Assembly: GCA_963715195.1 (NCBI GenBank)
Contig: CAVQRT010000002.1
Coordinates: 160,001 to 224,000 of the forward strand
Length of the DNA: 64,000 bases
DNA from: Thermodesulfovibrionales bacterium
GTDB taxonomy: Bacteria; Nitrospirota; Thermodesulfovibrionia; Thermodesulfovibrionales; SM23-35
Reading direction: 5' to 3'
Under the pieces are notes generated by a model. The model saw nothing but the letters and a program-made list of their open reading frames with translations, ran no database searches and was not told where the DNA came from. Below are positions 1-8,708 of this stretch, piece by piece. The position numbers were made by a program, and so were the translations under genes. Every line of letters begins with the position of its first letter. The first letter of the stretch is position 1.

Positions 1-709
1 TGACGGCTGTGCCGTTCCTGTCAAGGAGTTCGGTAAAGAGCCGCTCCTTCGCCCTGAAATAGTCTTCCATTGTCCTGTGGAAATCAAGATGATCTCTGGT
101 AAGATTCGTAAAGACCGCCGTGCGAAACACAGCCTTGTCAACCCTGTATTGTGCGAGGGCATGGGAGGATATCTCTGCCACAGCATGGGTGCAGCCTGCC
201 AGCAGCATCTTACGCAGCAGCGCCTGGAACTCCGGTGATTCAGGTGTCGTATGCGGTGCGGGAGAGGGTTTGTCCTTTATCATGTATTGAATGGTCCCGA
301 TCAGGCCGACATCCTTTCCCCATGTCTCAAGAATTGATTTCAAAATATACGTTGTCGTCGTTTTCCCATTGGTTCCGGTTACGCCGGTGAGGACCAGCTT
401 CTCAGACGGTCTTTGATAGAAATTATTCGCCATACAGGCAAGCGCCCTCCTGCTGTCCTTCACAAGGATATACCCGTTTTCAGCACCGGCGAACTCCTGA
501 TCAGCAGCGATCACGACCGCCCCCTTTTCGATTGCTTCCCGGATGAATGCATGCCCATCAAACTTTTCTCCCTTTATTGCAACAAAGAGATAATTATCGT
601 TCACCTTTCGCGAGTCATATGCAATCCCTGCGATATCCCTCTCAAGGATATTTCCTTCCTGCACCAGTTGCATATCATCACACCCTTTCAGGATTGAGGC
701 CAGCATCAT
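1..709 (-). CDS. murE: UDP-N-acetylmuramoyl-tripeptide synthetase MurE (5' part; runs off window start)
   Basis: Manual translation from ATG at 709, which overlaps the ftsI stop (ATGA): MMLASILKG...GIAYDSRKV...FVAIKGEKFDGHAFI...GVTGTNGKTTTTY. Canonical position after ftsI. Confidence 0.93.
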   Translation of the reverse strand, partial: MMLASILKGCDDMQLVQEGNILERDIAGIAYDSRKVNDNYLFVAIKGEKFDGHAFIREAIEKGAVVIAADQEFAGAENGYILVKDSRRALACMANNFYQRPSEKLVLTGVTGTNGKTTTTYILKSILETWGKDVGLIGTIQYMIKDKPSPAPHTTPESPEFQALLRKMLLAGCTHAVAEISSHALAQYRVDKAVFRTAVFTNLTRDHLDFHRTMEDYFRAKERLFTELLDRNGTAV

Positions 710-2409
710 CTCGATACCAGCAGGGCAGCATGCTGACCAGGGCTGTCTTCCCTCGGCACATTCAGATACGATAACGCCTGCCGGGTAATTTCCCTGAACA
801 CCGGTGCAGCAACCACTCCACCGTAAATCTCTCCTTTCGGTTCATACACAATAATGATCATAGCCAGCCGGGGGTTATCTGCCGGAACAAACCCGACAAA
901 TGAACTGACATATTTATCCCGTGAATACCGTTTCGTGACCGGATCGATCATCTGGGCAGTACCCGTCTTGCCGGCAACCGGATTTCCGTCAATCGATGCG
1001 TTTTTCGCGGTGCCTCCCTCTTCTGTTACGCTCTTCAGGATATTCTTGAAAGTCTCGGCAGTTTTTGCAGAGATGATGCGGTGGTTGTCACTGTCTCTGA
1101 AGGAAGCAAACGTTCTGTTGTCCGGAGAGATTATTTCTGAAACGACGTGGGGCCTTACGAGGAACCCGCCGTTTGCGATCGCGGAGTATGCCCTGAGCAT
1201 CTGGATCGGCGTTACTGCAACTTCCTGTCCGATTGATATTGCGCCAAGTGATGTCCCGGACCACTGCTCAGGCTTGTGAATCCAGCCGGAAATTTCACCG
1301 GGGAGGTCAATGCCGGTCTTGTCGCCGAACCCAAACAATTTCGCATACCGATATATATTTTCTTTCCCGAGTTTCATACCGGCCAGAATCGAACCGACAT
1401 TTGATGATTTCTGTATGACCTCTTTGAAGGTGAGAAGCCCATATTTATGGACATCGCGAATCGTCTTTCCGCCTACCTGGACTCCGCCCTTACTGACATC
1501 AAACACGGTGTCCGGTTTAACCAGTTTCTCTTCAAGGGAACCGACACCGATAATAAGCTTAAAAGTTGATCCGGGTTCATAACAATCGGTTATTGCCCTG
1601 TTCCTTTTTTCAAATCCCCGTGCACTTCCACCCCGGTTTGCATCATACGCAGGTCTGTTTGCGATGGCAAGGATTTCACCGGTATAGGGATCCATCATAA
1701 TTGCTGAGGCTGCTGCGGCTCTCCACTGCTTCATCGCTCTGTCGAGCTCTTTTTCAGCCAGGCGCTGGAGGACTTCATCAATGGTCAACACAATATTATT
1801 CCCTTGTGCTTCAACCGTGACGCCGGACGAAAGGGTCTTCCCGCTCGCGTCCCTTTCCATGATAACCTTCCCGCCCTTTGCCGTCAGGTATTTATCGTAT
1901 TGAAGTTCAATACCTTCAAGTGCCTGATTGTCTATGCCGACGAAACCGATGATATGAGAGGCCAGTTCCCTCTTAGGGTAAAAACGCTTGGCCTCGGTGA
2001 GAAAGTCGAGACCTTCAATGCGGAGAGCTCTTATCTTATCCGCAGTTTCGGGAGGAAGTTTTCTCTTGATCCACACAAATCTCCCCTTGTCGGGGATTTG
2101 TGCAAGCATTCTTGCCGGTTCATTGTTGACGAAAGAAGCAAGCTTCCTGATATCCTCGGTATCAGCGTTCAGGGCTTCCGGATCGCAGTAGAGAGATTCA
2201 ACTTCAAGATTCAATGCAAGCTCACGCCCCCTTCTGTCAAAAATAGTCCCCCTTCTGACCTGGATGTCTTCGACTTTTATGTGCTGCTGCTGTGCCCTTT
2301 CCTGAAGACGTTTGTGATCGATAATCATGAGGTCTGCAAGACGAAAGGAAACAAGCATAAAACTGACGACAATGGCCGTGTGAAGAATGACAGCCCTCTT
2401 TTTGTTCAT
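706..2409 (-). CDS. ftsI: Penicillin-binding protein 3 (cell division transpeptidase)
   Basis: N-terminal TM, RGTIFDR, EPGSTFK (SxxK), KSSNVG (SxN) and KTGT motifs; dcw context. Confidence 0.95.
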   Translation of the reverse strand: MNKKRAVILHTAIVVSFMLVSFRLADLMIIDHKRLQERAQQQHIKVEDIQVRRGTIFDRRGRELALNLEVESLYCDPEALNADTEDIRKLASFVNNEPARMLAQIPDKGRFVWIKRKLPPETADKIRALRIEGLDFLTEAKRFYPKRELASHIIGFVGIDNQALEGIELQYDKYLTAKGGKVIMERDASGKTLSSGVTVEAQGNNIVLTIDEVLQRLAEKELDRAMKQWRAAAASAIMMDPYTGEILAIANRPAYDANRGGSARGFEKRNRAITDCYEPGSTFKLIIGVGSLEEKLVKPDTVFDVSKGGVQVGGKTIRDVHKYGLLTFKEVIQKSSNVGSILAGMKLGKENIYRYAKLFGFGDKTGIDLPGEISGWIHKPEQWSGTSLGAISIGQEVAVTPIQMLRAYSAIANGGFLVRPHVVSEIISPDNRTFASFRDSDNHRIISAKTAETFKNILKSVTEEGGTAKNASIDGNPVAGKTGTAQMIDPVTKRYSRDKYVSSFVGFVPADNPRLAMIIIVYEPKGEIYGGVVAAPVFREITRQALSYLNVPREDSPGQHAALLVSR

Positions 2410-2444
2410 CCCCCCGCCCTCTTTTAACGGTTTTTCGGTTCAGA

Positions 2445-2777
2445 TCATTGCTTCTGCTTCAGCGAAGCAAGACGCGGTAAAGACCTCGTATCTTTACTGA
2501 CATGGACTACCTGCAGCCTGTCGGGGAGGACGAAGCCATCCCGGTCATCTGCAGATGACTCCAGCCGCGCAAACGACAGCTGACTCGTTTTTTCTGCAAA
2601 TAACATTTTCCGGTCCCTGAGGCAATGCACCTTCTTCTTCTCAAGTTCGCCGAGACTGTACTCCAATTTGGTGACATTTGACCTCAGGTAAACCAAGCCA
2701 AACACGCCGGCAAATAACAGGATTACCACGACAGGCCTCAGCACAAGCATTGCAAGACTCATTCGCGTTTTTCGCAT
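2445..2777 (-). CDS. ftsL: Cell division protein FtsL-like (TM plus coiled coil)
   Basis: 110 aa, single TM followed by a Leu-heptad coiled coil, located between rsmH and ftsI. Confidence 0.75.
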   Translation of the reverse strand: MRKTRMSLAMLVLRPVVVILLFAGVFGLVYLRSNVTKLEYSLGELEKKKVHCLRDRKMLFAEKTSQLSFARLESSADDRDGFVLPDRLQVVHVSKDTRSLPRLASLKQKQ

Positions 2778-3658
2778 TATATCTTCTCCCCAACCCGTAA
2801 TTTTGCACTCCGTGAAGAGGGATTCATCCGCAGCTCTTCCGGTGCAGGAGTTACCGGTTTTTTCGTGATTTTTTTCAGTACCCCTTTTCTCGCATGATCC
2901 GCTATGAAATGTTTGACGATTCTGTCCTCGAGTGAATGGTATGAGATAACGCAGAGCCTTCCGCTTTGTTTCAGAAGGTGCAATGAAGCATGCAGTCCCT
3001 TCTCAAGCTGAGACAGTTCATCGTTGACCGCGATTCTCAATGCCTGGAATATCCTCGTTGCAGGATGAATCCTTCCTTTCGTTCCGTACACGTTTTCAGC
3101 AATCTCCGCTAACTCAGCACAGGTTTCGATCGGCTTTTTCTCTCTCCGCCGGGAAATCGCCTTCGCTATTTTTTTTGCAAGGCGTTCTTCACCGAATTCA
3201 CGGAATATCCGCACGAGCTCATATTCGGGATAACGGTTCACAATGTCCCGTGCAGAGATCTTCTGGTTCCTGTCCATTCTCATATCGAGCGATGCATCTG
3301 ATGTGAAACTGAAACCCCGCTCCAGACTCCTTAATTGCAGGCTTGATACCCCGAGATCAAATAGGATACCGTCCACTGCGGCAATACCCTGCGAACAGAT
3401 CATGGTTTCCATATCAGAGAAGTTCCCCCGCATCAGTGTTACCCTTGAATCTGAAAGCCTCGCTTTTGTGCTCCGGAGTGCTTCATCGTCCCTGTCGATT
3501 CCGATGAGCCTGCCGTGAGAGCCGATCTCTTGTAAAATTGCATGTGCATGCCCCCCAAGTCCGGTTGTAGCATCAACGTAGATACCCTCCTGCCGTATAT
3601 TGAGCATCTGGAGTGCTCTCTCCCGCAGAACCGGCAGATGGATGATCTCTGCATTCAA
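2777..3658 (-). CDS. rsmH: 16S rRNA m4C1402 methyltransferase RsmH (MraW)
   Basis: HLPVL, DATTGLGGH, DLGVSSLQL, HPATRIFQALRIAVN, SYHSLEDRIVK, NPSSRSAKLR. Confidence 0.97.
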   Translation of the reverse strand: MNAEIIHLPVLRERALQMLNIRQEGIYVDATTGLGGHAHAILQEIGSHGRLIGIDRDDEALRSTKARLSDSRVTLMRGNFSDMETMICSQGIAAVDGILFDLGVSSLQLRSLERGFSFTSDASLDMRMDRNQKISARDIVNRYPEYELVRIFREFGEERLAKKIAKAISRRREKKPIETCAELAEIAENVYGTKGRIHPATRIFQALRIAVNDELSQLEKGLHASLHLLKQSGRLCVISYHSLEDRIVKHFIADHARKGVLKKITKKPVTPAPEELRMNPSSRSAKLRVGEKI

Positions 3659-3673
3659 TCGACCGTGGTACCC

Positions 3674-4126
3674 TTAAAAACCAAGAGCAGCAAGTCCTTC
3701 CTCCATCGATTCCCTGTCTATCTGGGAGAGGTCCACCAGTTTATCCCATTCATCTCTGTCCCAGAGATCGATTCTGTCCACCTGACCGACGATGACGATG
3801 TTGCTGTTGATCTTCGCGTCTTCCCTGAGGGATACGGGGATGAGAATCCTCCCCTGCTTGTCAAGATCTGTTTCGACAGCGGACCCAATAACCCTCCGCA
3901 TAAAAAATTTCATATGTTTATCGGAACTGGGCTTTGTCCTGACCTTGTCATGGAGCCTGTTCCATTCTTCCGCTGGGTAGATGCGGATACACTGGTCCAC
4001 CGGGGCATTGGTGACATAAAGTTTTGTGCTATAATGACTCGTAATGATATCCCTGAAAGGAGCCGGGATGATAATTCTCCCTTTCGGATCTACGGTGTAA
4101 TAATATTTTCCTGAGAAAGCTGGCAT
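3674..4126 (-). CDS. mraZ: Division/cell wall cluster transcriptional repressor MraZ
   Basis: Two DxxGRxxIP repeats (DPKGRIIIP, DKQGRILIP). Start placed at ATG 4126 behind a GGAGG RBS. Confidence 0.96.
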   Translation of the reverse strand: MPAFSGKYYYTVDPKGRIIIPAPFRDIITSHYSTKLYVTNAPVDQCIRIYPAEEWNRLHDKVRTKPSSDKHMKFFMRRVIGSAVETDLDKQGRILIPVSLREDAKINSNIVIVGQVDRIDLWDRDEWDKLVDLSQIDRESMEEGLAALGF

Positions 4127-4130
4127 TTTT

Positions 4131-4160
4131 CCTCCACTTTTTACCACTTTCTACCACAAC
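4131..4160 (-). promoter_or_regulatory. MraZ-binding repeats (three GTGG boxes, 10-nt period)
   Basis: Minus strand reads GTGGTAGAAA GTGGTAAAAA GTGGAGGAAA immediately upstream of the mraZ start. Confidence 0.85.
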
Positions 4161-4189
4161 ATATTAGAGTGAGGAAAAACGATTGTCAA
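4161..4189 (-). promoter_or_regulatory. Sigma-70 promoter of the dcw cluster
   Basis: TTGACA-N17-TAATAT on the minus strand directly upstream of the MraZ boxes. Confidence 0.75.
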
Positions 4190-4311
4190 GAAAAAAATCG
4201 TATTCACTATATTATGTACAAGGATTGAAGAATCACTACTATATATTGTTTATAAGTATTTCATGTCTGTTATCCGTCCGATAATACAGCGGGCTCAAGA
4301 GCAAGGAGATC

Positions 4312-5163
4312 ATGGAAGACGAAAAAACCACAGAGCTGAAAAACAAGATATCCGAACTGAAGCAACGATTGAATCAACTTTATGCACAGTATTTTTCTGA
4401 TACGCGGGAAGGCAAAGTCTTTGATACTGAATTCTCCCTGTATGTCAAAGCATCAGAATATGCAAGACGCGAAAAGAGCGAACAGCTCATGCTCCAGTAT
4501 GGGATTATAAAAACAGGAGTTATCGTACTCATCGTATCGTCTGTACTCATTATTTTTTTCTTCGGACAGCACATCTTCTTCAGTACATTTTTTCTTTTGG
4601 GACTTGGATTTTTTGCCTGGGGACTGATGTACCTCATGCTGGCCGCTGAAATCAGGATAACGAGGGCTCACCGATTCTGCTCGGCGCTCGGCAAATATTT
4701 TCAGCAGTACCGGTGGAGCACGGAATCTTCACAGGGTCTGCATCTGCCCGACATTCCCCTCTGGGATGACTACATCACTGAAGGGGACACCCCTCTGCAA
4801 AGCAAACACTATGAAGAGAAAGCTCTTTATATCCCGTTTCGCATCGCAATTTCTTTTATAGACCTGCTAGCGCTTGTGTTGCTCCTCCAGCCATTGATAT
4901 CCGGAGACGCCACGATGAGCAGGCTGGACTTGATGCTCTGTCTTATCCTTTGGCTCGTGACGGTTCCCATGCACATGATACTTGTGCAATCGCTTGTCAG
5001 GGAGGCTGAAATCATCCGGCAACCGGATGGCACAGAGTTAACGGAAGGTTCACAACCGGCGAAAAAACACCGTGGTCCCCGTTCATGGATTCAGATCTTC
5101 AGGCTTTTTTTTCTCCTCGATATTATTGTTCCGAAGACATTCAACACTAACCGGAAATCATGA
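4312..5163 (+). CDS. Hypothetical integral membrane protein (about 4 TM, N-terminal coiled coil)
   Basis: 283-aa ORF with AGGAG RBS and two pairs of hydrophobic segments; no family recognised. Confidence 0.75.
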   Translation: MEDEKTTELKNKISELKQRLNQLYAQYFSDTREGKVFDTEFSLYVKASEYARREKSEQLMLQYGIIKTGVIVLIVSSVLIIFFFGQHIFFSTFFLLGLGFFAWGLMYLMLAAEIRITRAHRFCSALGKYFQQYRWSTESSQGLHLPDIPLWDDYITEGDTPLQSKHYEEKALYIPFRIAISFIDLLALVLLLQPLISGDATMSRLDLMLCLILWLVTVPMHMILVQSLVREAEIIRQPDGTELTEGSQPAKKHRGPRSWIQIFRLFFLLDIIVPKTFNTNRKS

Positions 5164-5252
5164 CAGGAGTCACCGTTATGATGGAAAATCATGAGCGCGG
5201 GAATCCCTTGACTGGCATGAGTTTTTCTATCACTCGATTCATCATTTTTGCC

Positions 5253-5282
5253 TTGACAAAAGGATTTCTTCCTTGATACTGT
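5253..5282 (+). promoter_or_regulatory. Probable sigma-70 promoter of HU gene
   Basis: TTGACA at 5253 followed by TG-A-TACTGT / GATACT -10-like element. Confidence 0.5.
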
Positions 5283-5347
5283 TATCAAAGTTATTTCAGG
5301 TTTATTATTTTTTCTACTCATTTTTCCATGAAAGGGGGGAGATATAG

Positions 5348-5620
5348 ATGACCAAAGCAGAATTAATCGACAAAGTTGCTTCCGGTACAGGACTAAGCAA
5401 GGCAGATGCATCGAGGGCGCTGGATTCCACTATCAATGCCATCCGGTCGGCATTAAAGAAAGGGCAAAAGGTAACCCTTGTTGGGTTTGGAACCTTTGCG
5501 GTCGTAAAAAGGAAATCGAGAAAGGGCCGCAACCCAAGAACCGGCGATATTATTACGATTCCTGCCTCCAAAATTCCAAAGTTCACTTCCGGCAAGTCGC
5601 TCAAAGACGCTGTGAAATAA
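5348..5620 (+). CDS. hup: DNA-binding protein HU
   Basis: MTKAELIDKVA...LVGFGTF...RKGRNPRTG...PKFTSGKSLKDAVK. Confidence 0.97.
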   Translation: MTKAELIDKVASGTGLSKADASRALDSTINAIRSALKKGQKVTLVGFGTFAVVKRKSRKGRNPRTGDIITIPASKIPKFTSGKSLKDAVK

Positions 5621-5631
5621 TTTCAATATAT

Positions 5632-5663
5632 AAATAGGGGCAAACAGATGTTTGCCCCTATTT
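5632..5663 (+). terminator. Hairpin/intrinsic terminator after HU
   Basis: Perfect inverted repeat AAATAGGGGCAAACA / TGTTTGCCCCTATTT just after the stop codon. Confidence 0.7.
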
Positions 5664-5719
5664 CCTTTATACAGCCTTGCACCATATGTCCACTGATAAC
5701 CAGAAAAAAGGAGGAATTG

Positions 5720-6025
5720 ATGCTTGTCGAATTCAGCATTATCCCTATAGGCGTCGGAAGCAGCCTGGGAGCTTACCTTGCAGAGGTCCTCAAGATTGTG
5801 GATGCAAGCGGTCTCCCCTATAAAATCAACCCGATGGGAACAGTAATCGAAGGTGAATGGAATGAAGTGATGCAGCTCATAAGAAAATGTCACAAGACTG
5901 TCATGAAAACCGGCGAGAGAGTTGTGACAACCATATCCATCGATGACAGGAAAGGGAAACCGAACAGGATAGAGGGGAAAGTAAAATCCATAGAGAGAAG
6001 AATAGGGAAATCTCTCAAAAAATAG
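5720..6025 (+). CDS. MTH1187/YkoF-like thiamine-binding family protein
   Basis: MLVEFSIIPIG...SGLPYKINPMGTVIEGEW...RVVTTISIDDR. Start moved to ATG 5720 behind an AAGGAGG RBS. Confidence 0.88.
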   Translation: MLVEFSIIPIGVGSSLGAYLAEVLKIVDASGLPYKINPMGTVIEGEWNEVMQLIRKCHKTVMKTGERVVTTISIDDRKGKPNRIEGKVKSIERRIGKSLKK

Positions 6026-6066
6026 GGGTCACGGCCATATCGGTCACGATGACTGTCCGCAGAACG

Positions 6067-8673
6067 TTATCGCTCAATAAGATTCCGTACAAACTGCTGT
6101 TCATCCTCCCGTGACTTTGCACGGCCTCTCAATTTTTCATCGAGGAGTTTTCCAAAAATCTTCGTATAGACCGGACCAGGTTCTATGCCCATTTCCTTGA
6201 GGTCTTCACCCGTGAGTGCTGGTTTGATATTTCTCAGCTCAGTAAGATAGCGGGATATGACCTTTTTCTTCTGCCGGTCCTCACTGAGTGCCATTGCAAA
6301 CAGGATCACCTCGAGCTTCAGGTGATGGAAAAGTCTGTAAATTTCTGCGGGGTCACGGACAGGGAGTTGCCTCACTACATCACGTGCAGATGAAATCCCC
6401 TTGATGATCATTTCCTTGATTCTCGGTGACGGTGACAATCTGTCTATAGTTGTCCTGATATCCTCCGCCTTCAATCCTGCAAGTAATGCCATGAGGTACA
6501 AAACCCCCGTATCGGGATTTTCTTCCAGGAAAAGCAGATTGAACCACAAGAGCGTCTCATGCATTGATCTGAGGGTTGCTTCGAGATCATCGGTAAAATT
6601 AAGGGTCGGACAGACGACCTTGAGGAGGCCAAATTCTGAAACCCGCTTGAGTGTCCTTATCGGATCAGTCTCCTGAAACGATAAGCGCAATTCTTCATAG
6701 AGTCTCGGCCCGGACAGTTTATCAAACAAGTTCATCTCTATGGTGGACTTGATCAGGTTTTCCGTATGTTTGCTGATCTTGAATCCGAACCGCTCTGAGA
6801 ACCGGACTGCCCTGAATGCCCGCGTAGGGTCTTCGACAAAACTGAGATTATGGAGCACTCTGATCGTTTTTTCCCTGAGATCTCTCTGCCCGCCGAAAAA
6901 ATCGAGGAGCACGCCGAAATCCTCCGGATTCAATTTGACCGCAAGGGTGTTGATCGTGAAATCCCTCCGGTATAAATCCTTCTTGATTGATGATGTCTCT
7001 ACCTTCGGGAGCGCTGCAGGAGACTCGTAGTATTCTGTACGGGCCGTTGCCACATCAATCTTGAATGCGTGGAGAAATATCTGTGCGGTACCGAATTTCT
7101 GATGCGTCCTGACTTTTGCATGCAGTCGTTCCCCGATTGTCCGGGCAAAAAGAATTCCGTCCCCCTCGATAACGATATCAAGGTCAAGATTTTCTTCACC
7201 GCGCAGGAGGTCTCTTACAGAGCCGCCGACAAGATATGCATGAAAACCGAGTGCCTCTGCAACCTCACCGGACAGTTTCAGGAGCGTGACTATCTCCCCG
7301 GGAAACTTCTCCTTCAGCCATGATGACAGGTTTCTTCCGATCGTCAGCCGCTCCCTGCTTACTGTTTCCCCGATCTTCCTGCGTCTGAGGAATTCCTCAT
7401 AAAGCGTGCGCAGGAGATCGGTTCTCGTTATTGCGCCGATAATTTTCCGATTTTCGACCACAGGCATAAACCGCTGGTTTTGCTCTATCATTAAAGTTTC
7501 AATCTCCCGTATGGAAGTGAGCGGCCCCACGGTTATTGCGTCGCTCGTTGCAAAGTCTTCAGATTTGCTCTTGCCAAAACCGAGGAACAGGGCCTTTTCA
7601 ACAATTTCCCGCGATATGAGACCGGCAAAAGCATCTCCATGCAATACAGGGAGCACATTCACTCCGTACCGGGTCATCATCCCTTCTGCATGCTTTATCG
7701 TGACATCCCGCTGCACACTGATGACAGGCCGGGTCATGATATCAGAGGCAACCTTGGCCGGTTTCACGTTTTCTCTGATGAGCTGCTGCAACCGCTCCTC
7801 GACTATTTCGAGTGCCTCTCCCTTAATTGTTGCAGCCGCTGCGGTAGGATGCCCTCCTCCCCCAAAGTCTCTCATCACCCTGGAGACATCAAACTCCGGA
7901 ACCTTGCTCCGGGCAACGAGTACTATTTTCCCTTCCATGCTGAGCAGGACAATCACTGCATCAATATCTTCCATATCAATCATCCTGTGGGCGAGGTGCG
8001 CTGCATCACCAAAATACTGCTCCCGGGCTGCCTTTGCTATCTTTACCCGTATGCCGCCGACGATTATCTCATTTGATGATTGAATGAGTTCGTTCAGCAG
8101 GTCAAATTCCTCCATGCTCAGTTCCATCTTTATGAAGCTCGAAATAATGTTCAGGTTTGCCCCCCTCTTGAGGAGATAGGAGACAGCCATGAGATCTCTC
8201 TCTGTTGTAGAAGGGAAAAGAAAACACCCCGTCTCTTCGTAAATGCCGAGTGCAAGAATCGTAGCCTCCATGGGTGACGGATGGATTTTCCGGTTCTTCA
8301 GTATCTCGGTAAAGATCGTTGCGGTTGCCCCGACACGTTCGATCTTTTCCAGCTCGCCCCGTATGTCCCCTTCGCGAAAAGGATGGTGATCGTAAATATG
8401 AACCCTGATGCTCCTACCGGTAAGAAGCTTTGCAAAAGGTCCGATCCTGTCGGGTATCTTGGTATCCACGATGATCAATCGTGTGACCTTAGTGAGGTCA
8501 ACTTCTTTGACGCGCTTTACGTCTATCGGATTGAACGCTTCAATGAAGTCCCTGAGTTTCTTCTCCTGGGAACCGGGAAAGACGATCTCTGCATCCGGGT
8601 ACAACTTTTTTGCTGCTACCATTGATGCAAGGGAATCGAAATCTGCGTTTACGTGGGAGGTAATAATATCCAC
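6067..8673 (-). CDS. tRNA nucleotidyltransferase (CCA/A-adding type) with N-terminal DHH/DHHA1 and CBS domains
   Basis: HVNADFD, YDHH, GGGGHPTAAAA (DHH/DHHA1), a CBS pair, then GGSVRD..DLDIV, RRDFTIN and EDPTRAFRAVRF. Confidence 0.9.
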   Translation of the reverse strand: MDIITSHVNADFDSLASMVAAKKLYPDAEIVFPGSQEKKLRDFIEAFNPIDVKRVKEVDLTKVTRLIIVDTKIPDRIGPFAKLLTGRSIRVHIYDHHPFREGDIRGELEKIERVGATATIFTEILKNRKIHPSPMEATILALGIYEETGCFLFPSTTERDLMAVSYLLKRGANLNIISSFIKMELSMEEFDLLNELIQSSNEIIVGGIRVKIAKAAREQYFGDAAHLAHRMIDMEDIDAVIVLLSMEGKIVLVARSKVPEFDVSRVMRDFGGGGHPTAAAATIKGEALEIVEERLQQLIRENVKPAKVASDIMTRPVISVQRDVTIKHAEGMMTRYGVNVLPVLHGDAFAGLISREIVEKALFLGFGKSKSEDFATSDAITVGPLTSIREIETLMIEQNQRFMPVVENRKIIGAITRTDLLRTLYEEFLRRRKIGETVSRERLTIGRNLSSWLKEKFPGEIVTLLKLSGEVAEALGFHAYLVGGSVRDLLRGEENLDLDIVIEGDGILFARTIGERLHAKVRTHQKFGTAQIFLHAFKIDVATARTEYYESPAALPKVETSSIKKDLYRRDFTINTLAVKLNPEDFGVLLDFFGGQRDLREKTIRVLHNLSFVEDPTRAFRAVRFSERFGFKISKHTENLIKSTIEMNLFDKLSGPRLYEELRLSFQETDPIRTLKRVSEFGLLKVVCPTLNFTDDLEATLRSMHETLLWFNLLFLEENPDTGVLYLMALLAGLKAEDIRTTIDRLSPSPRIKEMIIKGISSARDVVRQLPVRDPAEIYRLFHHLKLEVILFAMALSEDRQKKKVISRYLTELRNIKPALTGEDLKEMGIEPGPVYTKIFGKLLDEKLRGRAKSREDEQQFVRNLIER

Positions 8674-8708
8674 AATCTATTGTAACAGATACAACAGCGG
8701 CAGAATGC

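Noticed and set aside
151..774. Plus-strand ORFs 151..390, 413..697 and 547..774
   Set aside because: Antisense shadows of murE/ftsI, which carry clear motifs on the minus strand.
4127..4147. Upstream GTG start for mraZ given by the ORF track
   Set aside because: The extension is the MraZ-box/RBS region; ATG 4126 fits better.
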